This document shows, one piece after another, positions 40,577 through 53,400 of a stretch of DNA of 64,000 nucleotides. The notes below the pieces were generated by a model. It saw only the letters and a list, made by a program, of their open reading frames with translations. It was not told the DNA's origin and did no database searches. This DNA comes from Octopus sinensis (Eukaryota), in contig NC_043007.1 of NCBI RefSeq assembly GCF_006345805.1, positions 44,330,001 through 44,394,000 of the forward strand. The letters run 5' to 3'. The position numbers and the translations under genes are program-made. Each line of letters opens with the position of its first letter. Positions within the stretch are counted from its first letter, which is position 1.

Positions 40577-42340
40577 GTAAGTATCTAAGCATTAAATATT
40601 CACATTAAAATTGGCTGAAAATTAAGCAACGAGATGGTTAAAAAACATTAAAAACCTTGCTACAGGAGTCAGTGTGTTGTATTGCTGTTTTTTTCATTGT
40701 GAATGTTGTATCATTAATCAAATATTGATCTATCATTGTGTATTGTCTCACTGATAAATCAATGTGTGTTGTTACATTGTTATATGATTGATCAATCATT
40801 AAATGTTTTATCATTGATCAGTCATCATGTCTGTGTCATTGATCAGTGATTTTATGTTGAATTTTGGATCAGTCACAGTCTGTGTTGTATCATTCATTAG
40901 ACATTATATAGTATATCTCTAATCAGTCTATTGTATGTTGTATCATTGCTCTGTAACTATGTGTTATATCATTGATCATTCATGGAGTATTGTGTCACTG
41001 ATCAATCATTGACCAACCATTGATTTTGTATCATTTATCAATCATTAGATGTTGTTTTACTTTTTGTCACTGATCAGTTGTTATGTGTTGTATGATTGAT
41101 CAATCATTGTGTGCCATGCTGTGGGACTGAACCCAAAACCACATGGTTGGGAAGCAAACTTCCTTAGCCATAGGCCTACAGGCTTTGGTCAGTGCAGGGC
41201 TTATAGTAGAAGACACTTGCAGAAAATTTCACACTGTGGAACTGAATCCAAAACCACATGGTCACATAGCAAACTTCCTTAACCATACAGCCATGCCCGT
41301 ATCTTCAAGCTGTGGTCACCCCATAGCTACAGCAGAAGACACTTGTCTGAGGTGCCATGTTGTGGCATTGAACCTAAAACCATATGGTTGAGAAGCAAAC
41401 TTCTTAACCACACAGCTAAGCCTATACTTGTTTGTCATTCTGCTCTTCAGTTTCCCCTTTTTATATACTCTTAAACTGTACAACTTTCATAATTTATACC
41501 CAAATGTTCTTTTATTTCAGATAATTACAACACTACGAGTAAAACTGTAATCCAAGCACTGAACAAGAATCTAAATGTTGATGTTTCTAGGCTTGCTGCG
41601 GATAAAGAATTAGATTTAAGGAAATATTTTTCTTGTTGGTTATCCAAACCATTACCAGAAGATATTCCTTTTTCAAGACTTGCATGTTTTGAAAGGTAAT
41701 ATTACTTTTTGTATTAAGTTTTTATCCTTTTCTTCTATCCTGCCCTGGTCAGCTTTGCCCTTCACCCCCACTCATCATAGTTGATGGTATCCTCTACTCC
41801 CCACCCCCTCAAAATTGCTGGACTTGTGCCTTAATTAGAAAAAAATGATAATAATATATCTTTTATCTTTTACTTGTTTCAATCATTGGACTGCAGCAAT
41901 GCTGAGTTTAATCGAATGAATTTCCCTCAGTACTTATGTTTTTCTAAAGCCTGATACTTATTCTATTAGTCTCTTTTACCAAATTGCTAAGTTCAAGCAG
42001 TGACGGAACACTTGCCCAAGGTCCCAGATAGTGGGAATGAACCTGGAACCATGTGGCTGGGAGACAAACTTCTCACCACACTGCCTCAAGGATTATTCTC
42101 AATAATAATAATAATAATGATGATGATGATGATGATGATAATAACAATATGGCTTCTGATAGGCGCTGGCCCTCATGGCTTCTGATCTTAACTGATTGGA
42201 AGTGTTATGTACATTATTTTGTTTTGGTATAAAAGATGGGCTACAGCAAATATTCTGAATACTAGGGTGGGTGCAATCATATACCAAAATTTTAAACCCT
42301 CCTCCTCCTCCTCCTCCTCCTCCTCCTCCTTCTCCTTCTC

Positions 42341-42371
<31 letters not shown>

Positions 42372-43320
42372 TTATTATTATTATTAGTGGCATTTAGTCC
42401 ATCTCTATGTTCTGAGTTCAGATTCTGCTGAGGTTGACTTTGCCTCTCATCCTTTTGGGGGCTCAATAAAATAAGCAACAGTTGAGTATTAAAGTCAATG
42501 TAATCAACTTACCCACTCCCATGAAATTGCTGGCCTTGTGCCAAAATTTGAAATCATCATCATTATTATTATTATTAAGGTGGCAAGCTGGCACAATCAT
42601 TAGCTTGCTGGACAAAACACTGCTACGCATTTTGTCTACATTCTGAGTTCAAATGCCACTTGGTCAACTTTACCTTTCATCCTTTCAAAGTTCCTTCATA
42701 GTTGGCATTGTTTTAAATATTTCTATTTTTATTGAACTTCATTAATTTCATGTTTTATGTTACAGAAACCTAGGCAGTAGTATTTATGATCAAATCGGAG
42801 ATATGTTTCGAGGTTTTATGCCAATATTCAATTCTCAAGACACAACAGTAATAACTCCTTTACTTGGTACTGGAAACCAAGTGAGTATCTTTTTATTCAG
42901 TTTTTGTGTTCTTACATAATTCTCTATGGAATACTTGGATTAATTAACTATCATCATCATCATCAACATGCTAACATGAGTTGGACAGTTCAAAAATATC
43001 CAATACGTCTAAAGACAGCACCATACTAAAAGTGTCTATTTTGGAATGGTTTCTATAGCTAGATGTCCTTGCTAACAGTAACCAGTCTACTGAGTGTACT
43101 GGGTGTTTTATTCATGGTACCAGCACTAACAAGGTAACCATGCAGCTCACAAATGAGAGATGTTTCAAGTAGCTCTGTTCTGCTTTAATGACTCTCATTG
43201 TTGGTGGTAGATAAAAAGGAAGACCTGTTTTCATGGAAGATTGGAAACAAATAATATTGCTTGTATGATGGTGCTACACATTTACAGTCATTACATGATG
43301 TCAAAATAAGAACACACACA

Positions 43321-43378
<58 letters not shown>

Positions 43379-46300
43379 TTACATATTCTTTTCTTTTATT
43401 CTTTTACTTACTTCAGCCATTTGACTGTGGCCATGCTGCAGTGCTGCCTTAAAGGATTTTAGTTGAAAAAAATCGAACCCAGGACTTATTTTTTGTAAGC
43501 CCAGTACTTATTCTATCGGTCTTTTTTGCTGAACCACTAAGTTACTGGGACATAAATACACCAGCATAGGTTGTCAAGTGATGGTTGGGGAACAAACACA
43601 GACACAAAGACACACACACATACAGCAGGCTTCTTTCAGTTTCTGTCTACCAAATCCACTCACAAGGCTTTGGTCAGCCCTAGGCTATAGTAGAAGACAC
43701 TTGCCCAAGGTACCACACAGTTAGACTAACTGTGGTTGGGAAGCAAGCTTCCTACCACACAGCTTTGCCTGCATCTCCACACAGCCACATATATTGTTAG
43801 CTTCATCATCATTTTAGTGTCCACTTTCCCATGCTTGCATGGGTTGGATGGAGTTTATTTAGGCAAATATTTTACAGCTGGATGTTCTTCCTGTCACCAA
43901 CCTTTACCTGTTTCCAAGCAAAGTCATATTTTGCCTTGAACATACGTATATTCTTACAGAATATCGGAAATGAATGACACTGCTTGTATGACAGTGGCAA
44001 TTATTTATTAGTCATGTCAAGACAAGGTGACATAAACACATAAACATGCATGCATGCATACATACATCCATCCATCCCATTATCATTCCTGATATAAAAA
44101 ACAAATGACTACATGCTAGGGTCTGCAACATCAAGAGATATTAATGTAACCCATGATTTCTTTGTGGATTTATGCTAAAATGTTAACAATGCCAAAAAAT
44201 CAACTGGAATTAATAACATTTTCAATTGACATAGGAGTGGAATTTGGCCAGAAGAAATATTATTTGATTGTTGAACAGGGAAAGATAATCTCCCAGACAC
44301 AAAATAATCTTACTATCTTTCTTGTCTCACACAAAGACTGCTACAGGTACCTAGGCATTGATGAAAATATATCATACCAAGGTACTGTGAATAAAGATAG
44401 TGACCCAAGAATATTACACCAGACTAAGAAAAATATGGCAGTCTGAGCTCTCCTTTTACAACAAGACAATATCCCACAATGCATTTGCAGTACCAGTGCT
44501 GATTCCAACTTTTGGGATACTTGACTGGTCTGTAGAAGAAATCCACTTCATAGACATTAACACCCACAAGATTCTAACATCAACTGGAAATCTCTACAAA
44601 AATAGTGATGTTGACAGGCTCTGCCTAAGAAGAGATAAAGGAAGTAGGGGGCTTGTGCTCTGTGCAGATAGTCTTTGAATGTTACACAGTCTCTCTCAGA
44701 CAGCACTTGTTAAACAACAGCAACAAAATAAATACATTAATTTAGTGCTGGAAAGTGAAGGGAACATCCTACGCGTTGGAAATGAACTCTTCAGGAAGTA
44801 CTCTTCCCCCGATGAGCTCCCATACAACCCCAAATCAGCCAGACTAGCTTACTTAGCTTACTTCAAAGAAGACCGGAGGGGAAGTGCTCAAGTATACAAA
44901 AAAAAAAAACATGCATAGGTATGTTACTTGAAGACTTCAATAAGATAGAGACATTGACATGAAGCCTCTCTTGGACTCGCAACTGCTACATCACACCATA
45001 CTTTGAAGGCTATGCATTTGCAATCCAAGAACAGGAGATTACTGCTAAACACCTAATCAACAAAAGATACAGTGAAGCTCTTGGAGTTCCAAGATGCAAC
45101 TGTAAATGTAGATTATGTAATATTTCTGTGGACGACATCACACATGTGATTAGCAGCTCCCAAAATTGTCATCAAGGTACTACCTCCCTATGTGACATGC
45201 CGTTGCAAAAACCAATATATAATGCCATTTGGGAAAAAGACAGTCCTGGAATAAATAAAGAGTATTTCCCTGTATTTGAATATGTACATAAACATCAACA
45301 CAAGAAATACTGGTGGAATATTCCCATCAAAACATCTGTCAAATGTAAACATAACAGGCTGGATATTGTTGTTTCGGACAGACAAGAAAAAGTATGTGCT
45401 GTCACAGAGGTTAGCTGTCCAGCTGATGTTAATATCTTTGAAAAGCAGAGAAAAAGAAGATAATTATGAACAACTGCATCAAAACCTCCAGATTTTATAT
45501 CCGGATTACAAATTTACATTTATATGAATAATAGCTGGAGCACTTGGTTTTGTAAGTAGTCTAGATAATCTTGAGTTTTCAGAAACAGAAATCAACCAAC
45601 TGATTCACACATTACAAATACAATCTGTAAGCTAAACACTAAAACTATGCAAGACTTTTCTAAAGTTTAAAATGTGACATTGTTTTTGTTATCTACATTC
45701 CAAAGATGGAGCTTTCTATCTTTGTTAGAAACCAGCTCCTTCTTCAGAGGAAGAATTTAAACAATCAAAAACAGAAGAGAGAGAGAGACACACACACAAA
45801 CACACACATGCACGCACACGAGGTCACAGAATGTGTCATAAAAGAACTTTGATTGGGAGCAAACTTCTTCACCGCATAGCTATACCTTCACCTAAAGATG
45901 GTGCTTAATTGCTGGAAACAAAACAAAAATATTTCTATTTCTCTTTTTTTCTTTTTCTTAATTTTGTAGGGCTTTGGTTATATTCCAGTTCTTAACACAA
46001 TGGTTGAGTCAGCTTGTAACTGGATGAAAATTGGTCTTCCTTTGAAAAGCTTCAAGATTGTACTTTACACTAGTAATATAAATGAAATTAGTAATTCCAA
46101 TAAAAATTGTCTTGAGAGGTTTAAAGTGCTGAAGAAAACCTGGGAAAAATCTACCCTTTCAAAGGTAGTATAGCTCTTTCTTACATTTTTACATTATTTG
46201 TTATTAGTGGCAGAAGCAATATTGGTTCAAAATAGTAACCGTTGAATCATATTTAAAGTAGATACATCATTGAAAGCCTCATAAACTGTAGTATTAGTCT

Positions 46301-49300
46301 GGAGAAAACAACTGTTATAGATGTATAATATTAAAAAACACCGAGACATATCAGCAGTAGATGAAAATCATCTGGCAGCAGTGGTGGCATTAAATTGTTA
46401 GGTTCTAGAAAGTGAGATATAAAACTCCATGTGAGAACCACCTCAGACACTACACAGAACCCTGTCACTCAGTTCTATATGTGATGTTTTTGTACTTGAT
46501 TTGCCTGTCACAATTCTGAACAATTATCATACAATTAACTGAAACAATATTTCTATATTACTCAGTGAAAACTTTAAATTATCACAAACATAATAATATG
46601 TATATTTTTCATTTCAATTCATAGTGCATATGTAAATTTATTTATTTATGCGCTCTTTTCAAGCCTAGCCAGGCTCATGGACCTGGTTTCCCAGATTCTG
46701 TGGCATATGTGTTCCCCCCAGCTGGATGAGATGCCAAGAAACAGGAAGAAAGAGTGAAAGAAAGTTGGAGCGTAAGAGTACAACAGGGGTGCCCCCCCCC
46801 CACCCCGACTGGAGCCTCATGGAGCTTTTAGGTGTTTTCGCTCAATAAACACACACAACGCCCGGTCTGGGAATCGAAACCGTGATCCTCCAACTGCAAG
46901 TCCGCTTCCCTAACCACTGGGCCATTGAGCCTCCACACATATGTAAATATGGAAACATTATCATTAGCGAGGTCATTTTCAGTTTAGCACACAGCCTTCC
47001 TTCCTACTATTGTGTATCACCAATGATGCTCTAATGGCTACTACGTACTCTTCGTTGAAACAATGAATTCTCCCTTCTTGCATCATCAGATTAATGAATA
47101 ACTCCTACTTAGTTCCCTGACAAAAGCTCATCTGTGTCATCAGTTTGGAGCTTTTCTCAAAGGTATACAGGTTGAATTGCCACCCATTGTTTCACATCGG
47201 TGAACGTGTGTGACTAAGTGATTGGGATATTCAGCCAATGATCGTAAAGTCATGAGTTTGATTACTGGCAGTGCATTGTGTCATTGTGTCCTTAAGCAAT
47301 AAACTTCATTTCATGATGCTCCAGTATACTCAGCTGGCAAAAATGAGTGGTTCCTGTATTTCAAAGGCCAGCCTTCTCATGTTCTGTGTCACACTGAATC
47401 CCTCTGGGAACTACATCAAGAGTATGCATGTCTGTGGAGTGCTCAGTCCCTTGCATGTTAATTTCACGAGCAGGCTGTTCCATTGGTTGGACCAACCGAC
47501 AGAAGCCTTCATCAGCGTAACTGATGAAGTGCCAGTTTTACATCTTAAGCCCACAGCTAATGCAGTCTGCCAAGCCAATACTTGTCTAGGAGGTATTAAG
47601 CATGATGGCTTACTTTAAACAATGATTGTTGTTATGACTACTTTTTAATTTTTTTTACAGATTGCCAAAAAAAATCATGTGAACGATGTGTATATTTCCT
47701 ACTGCAATACAGATTCTAAGAAGGCAAATTTGTTAAAAGCTTCATTGGAAAAGAATAATCCAAGCATAAGTATTTTCAATAAAAGGATAAAAGTTGACAG
47801 AGATGTTTGGCCTGAAAAAATATACTCTTGTATGTTTGGATGCAAGTGGTAATTCTATTTTTCTTATTTTTCTCAGTATTAAATATTTAATATAATGTTA
47901 TTTTTTGCTGATACAAAGCAAGGCCACAAATTTTGGTGGTCAGTTTAATAAACATCATTACTTAATACATTGGACACTGGTAAGATAGAAAATAGAAGGA
48001 ACCCATGTGGCATTACAACTCATAATGTAATTGTATGAACTTCAATACTGCAAAGTGTTACCATTTCTGCTATGTACTATGGACAGTTATTGAGAGAGCC
48101 TTTACAAGAACATTCTACCTTCTAGAAATTGTAGCCAAATCTCCCTCATATCAAATCCTGCCATCTTTAAATAAAGGATACATTAGACAATGTTAGTCCT
48201 AGACAAATAAAAGAATGGGATGGTCATGGATTGAATGACTTTGATCATAAATGTGCTCAATCAGAGCTTACTTGGGGCTAAACAACAACAGCAACAATAA
48301 TGTGAACAACAACAACAACAACAACGTCATCATCATCATCATCATCATCATCATCAGTTAACATCTGTTTTCCATGCTGGCATGGGTTGGACAATTTGAT
48401 CAGGGATGGCAAGCTGAGGGGCTGCACCAGATTCCAGTCTGATTTGGCATGATTTCTATGGCTGGATACCCTTCCTAAATATCCTTTTAAGGCAGTGCTC
48501 CAGCACGGCCACAATCAAATAACTGAAATAAGTAAAAGAATAAAAGAATGTGTGTGTGTGTCTATGTGTTGCCTTCTCTTGACATCACATAATAATTGTA
48601 AATGAGTGTCACTCTCATACAAGCAGTGTTATCTCATTTCCAGTATTCTGTGCAAACATGTTTGGCTATAGAGAAGTACAACCTTGCTTAGAAATGATTA
48701 AGGGTTGTTGAAAGCAAGGGTTCTTGACCAGAGAAAATCTGCCTCAGTAAACTCTGTCTAACCCATGAAGCTTGGAAAAGTGGACATTAAAATGATGACA
48801 AGGAGGAGGAAAATCTGATTTGAGAGAGATTTGGTTGATCTTTCTAGATAGTTGAGTGGCCATCTAGAGGTTTCTTTGTTAGCTTGTAAAGAAATCATCA
48901 TTCACAGAGGTGAATTATCTAAAATCCTTCATTCTTCTTTACCAACAGCATTGTTATAATTTTAACTACATCCTACTTAAGTTCCAAATCCTGCCAAGAT
49001 GAATTCAATATGGCTCTCTGCTATAGACGACAAGCTGAAGATATTATTTTGGTTCCCTGTATACTGAGACAATGGAAAATCTACCCCCAGTTATAAGTAA
49101 CATACAATATATGGATTGTCGGTAAGTTTCTTCTTGTACACATTTTTATTTTTGTGTTTCTGTATTTAAAACATCAATATAATAATCTTTTTTACTAAAG
49201 GCAAAGGCCTGAAATTTTTGGGAAGGGACTAGTTGATTATATCAACCCCAGTGTTTCACTAGTGCTTAATTTATTGACTCCCAAAGGATGAAAGGTAAAG

Positions 49301-50451
49301 TTGATCGCGGTGGAATTTGAACTCAGAATGTAAGGATGGATAAAATGCCACTAAGCATTTTGCCTGGATGCTAATGATACTGCCAGCTCATAAATATCTG
49401 TATAATAATAACTGATATAAATGTTGGATGGTTGATTTTACCAATCATACTTTACATCATTGAGAGAAAGTGGACAGTAAGTGAAAGAGTGATACAGAAA
49501 GAGTTAACATAAGGTGTACAGGATGAGTTCACATACTAGGCTTTGTGGTAGGTAATTAGTAGAAGAATGCTACACACACACATGCACATATACACACATT
49601 AAGAGAGAAAATCACAGAGACAAAAGAGGAGGAGGAAGAGGAAAGAGAGAGAGAGTAAATGACAGAATAGTTACAGGAAGAATTATACAAATGAGAAATT
49701 TGTTTTATTTAGTTTTATTTTAGGGTAATAAATATTTTTCTTTTTAAAGTTAGTATTAATTTCACCCTTTTGGATAAGCACCCACAAATTTCATTAAAGT
49801 AGAATTATAATTATAGTATGTGTCATATTTCTTGATATTACTCATGGTGGTAAAAGTATACTGCCAAAGTTACCCCTCATATGATGGGGTTCCTATAGCT
49901 AGGCTATTTCTTTAATTGGAACTTGCTGTTTTTTACCTTCTTTTTTTTTTTTACTTTAGATTAAATGAAAATGAAAATATTAAAGAAAAGTTTCGAAGTG
50001 TTTCTGCGGATATCAATAAGAAGCTACTTCCATCATTACTGCGTCCCACAACTGCTCAAGCACAAACATCTAAGAAAACAACATATGATATTTTTGTGTC
50101 TTACCCTACAAAAAACACAGAAGAAATGAAAGTAGTGTATGAAATTTTGACTGAACACAATAGTGACTTGAAGATATTTTACGATAAATTGGAATTAGAG
50201 ACAGGTATGATTAACCGTTTAGCATTCAGAATACTCAATCAGATTTAATACTCTTTTACTTGTTTCAGTCATTTGACTGTGGCCATGCTGGAGCACTGCC
50301 TTTAGTTGAGCAAATCGACCCCAGGACTTATTCTTTGTATGCCTAGTACTTATTCTATCAGTCTCTTTTGCCGAACTGCTAAGTTATGAGGACGTAAACA
50401 CACCAGCATCAGTTGTCAAGCGATGTTGGGGAGACAAACACAGACACACAA

Positions 50452-50490
<39 letters not shown>

Positions 50491-53400
50491 CATATATATA
50501 TATACGACGGGCTTCTTTTAGTTTCTGTCTACTAAATCTACTCACAAGGCTTTGATCGGCCCGAGGCTATAGTAGAAGACACTTGCCCAAGGTGCCACGC
50601 AGTGGGACTGAACCCGGAACCATGTGGTTCGTAAGCAAGCTACATACCACACAGCCACTCCTATGCCTGTTTATTCATTCATATTGCCTTGAATTGGTAC
50701 TTACTCTGTTGTTTACGACAATGAGGGTTCCAGTTGATCTGATCAATGGAACAACCTGTTCATGAAATTAATGATCAGGTGGCTGAGTATTCTACAGACA
50801 TGTGTACACTTAATGTAGCTCTCAGGGAGATTCAGCGTGATACAGAGTGTGACAAGGCTTGCCCTTTGAAATACAGGTACTACTCATTTTTGCGAGGTGA
50901 GTGGACTGGAACAATGTGAAATAAAGTGTTTTGCTCAAGAACACAATGCATCACTGGGAATTGGACTCATGATGACCTTACGATTGTAAGCCAAATACCC
51001 TAACCACTAAACCATGTGGCTTCACTTGCTTTGAATTAATCATGTATTTCTGCCTTCATTTTTGTTAACTCTCACTTTCTTTCTCTCCCTTTCTTTCTTT
51101 CCCTCTCTTCTTCTCCCTCTCTTCCTCTCTCTCTCTCTCTCTCTCTCTCTGGCTGGGTAACCATGTACATCTATTTCTGTCTCTCTGTCACACTCTAACC
51201 TTTCATCATCTGACACAAGATCTCCTCCAACGCCCCCTTCTCTCTCAAAAATTCCTTTTCTTGCAAAGTTACTTGGTGACCCTGCTAGTGCAGGTGCCAC
51301 TTAAAAAGCACCCAGTTCACACTGTAAAGTGGTTGGCATTCAAAAGGGCATCCAGCCATAAAAACCATGCCAAAGCAGACACAGAAGCATTGTGCAGGCT
51401 CTTTTGCCTGGCTAGCTCCTGTCAAACTGTACAACCCATGCCAGCATGGAAGGAGGACGTTAAATGATGATGACGATGACAATGATGATGATGATAATAA
51501 TGATGATATCTCATAGTTTCAGAATTTCACTGATGTAGCTGTTTACTTTTAGAATAACATTACAGGGTAGGTGTGAGAGACTTGATCTCACTGGTTTTAA
51601 CATAAAACAGGTAGAATATTTGGGTTGGATATGACTGGTTTGAACTTGCATAAAACATGATTTAATAAGTTTTATCTAATGTGGAGCTGATGTTGATAAA
51701 AAAAAAGAGTGAACTGCAGGGCAAGAAGTTGATAATGCAGCTCCACCACTTCCTGTTGACTGAGGAAAAAATATGGTTAAAGGATTGGCCATATTATAGC
51801 TGAAGGTCTGCAATTCTAAATGTGAACATAACATTAAAATTACAAGAGGACTTCATAAGTTCACTCTCTATATTGAGTTGTGCAAACAGATGGTGTGCCA
51901 TTAATGTATAACAACTTTGGATAAGTTCTTCCCCTCTCGAGTAGACACTACTAATGACATTGTCAGTGTTGTTGTTGTTGGTGGTGGTGGCGGTAGCAGT
52001 GGTGGTGGTGCTGTTGCTGCTGATGGTGATGATGATGACGACGACGGCGGCGGCGATGACGACGATGACGACAACGATCCAGAACAACTACTATAAGGCA
52101 TCCCAGTCTAACATTCTTACAGATCTGCTGATCCACAACTTTGGAGTGGGATTTTTTTAATGACTCTGAAAGGATGAAGGGCAATGTTGTCCTCGGACAG
52201 ATTTGAACTTGGGTTACAGAGAATTCTATCCAGCATTTTAATGACTGTTAATTAGACACTTTATCAGATGTGTTATCTAAGATTATATTATTCAACATGT
52301 CTTCTAGTTTAAAGGTGATTTGATGGAGATTTGACTGTTGTTTCATGTAGATCAAGTGACCATGTAGCAGTTCTCTCAATGACATATCTATGGTAGTGTC
52401 AGAGGCAGTCATTTAACTCCCAGTGCACCAAGCTGCTGATCTAGGTTTAATACCTAGTTGTAGTTACTCTTATTCTGCCCTATGAGAGCCTTTTGAAGAT
52501 GAGTGAACAGCACAACTCCTAAACTCAACAGAATTTATAATCCATCAATAGATATCTCTGTTCTTTAAAAGTCAACCAATTGTCTCTATTTATCATGCTA
52601 GTGTAATCAATAAATACATATTTGTTCTTTATTATATTTCAGGTAGTGATTGGCAGCAATCCATCTACAAAGCTTTGGAATGTTCTAAATGCTGTGTCAT
52701 CCTCATTGCACCAGCATACTTCGAATCTCTTATGTGCCAAGAAGAATTCAGTATTGCCATTGCTTTGAGTATCTCTGAAGAAAGAGTGAGAAAACCCTTG
52801 TGATTAATTTTTTAAATTTTGTTTTTAAGTTTTTTTTGTTCTACTGTTTAACCCTTTTGATAACCAACCTACCCACCCTAACACAAGATTGTCTTATGTT
52901 TTGGTGATACAAACACTGACATTTTAAAATGTTGATATTTAAATTAAAACAAAGCTGTAAGCTGAAAGAATTGTTCACATGCTGGGTGAAATTTCATGTT
53001 CTGAGTTCTAATTCCGCTGATATCGACTTTGCCGTTTGTCCTTTTGGGGTTGATAAAATAAGTACCAGTTAAGCACAGGAGTTGGTGTAATCAACTTACA
53101 CCGCTGCTCTGAACTTGCTAGCCTTGTGCCAGAATTTGAAACCTATATTTAAATTAAAACCATCTATCAAAACTTTATTTAATGAATCTTATTTTTTAAA
53201 GTTAGATTTCAAACACCAGGAATAAAAATAAAGACAGATTGGTTAATAATTAAATGCTTACAATTCTTCATTATCTTTTAAATTAATTGAAACATATCTG
53301 TAAAATATTTCTGTCGTAGTGTAACAATTCTCAATTTCATTGATACAGAAGGCTGAAAAGATTGGCTGTAAATAGACTTTACTTTTCTAAGAACAAGAGG

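Noticed and set aside
49040-49060. Programmed -1 ribosomal frameshift or RNA editing as a rescue of the exon 6 lesion
   Set aside because: There is no X XXY YYZ slippery heptamer in register, and A-to-I editing cannot add a base. Assembly error or a null allele is simpler.
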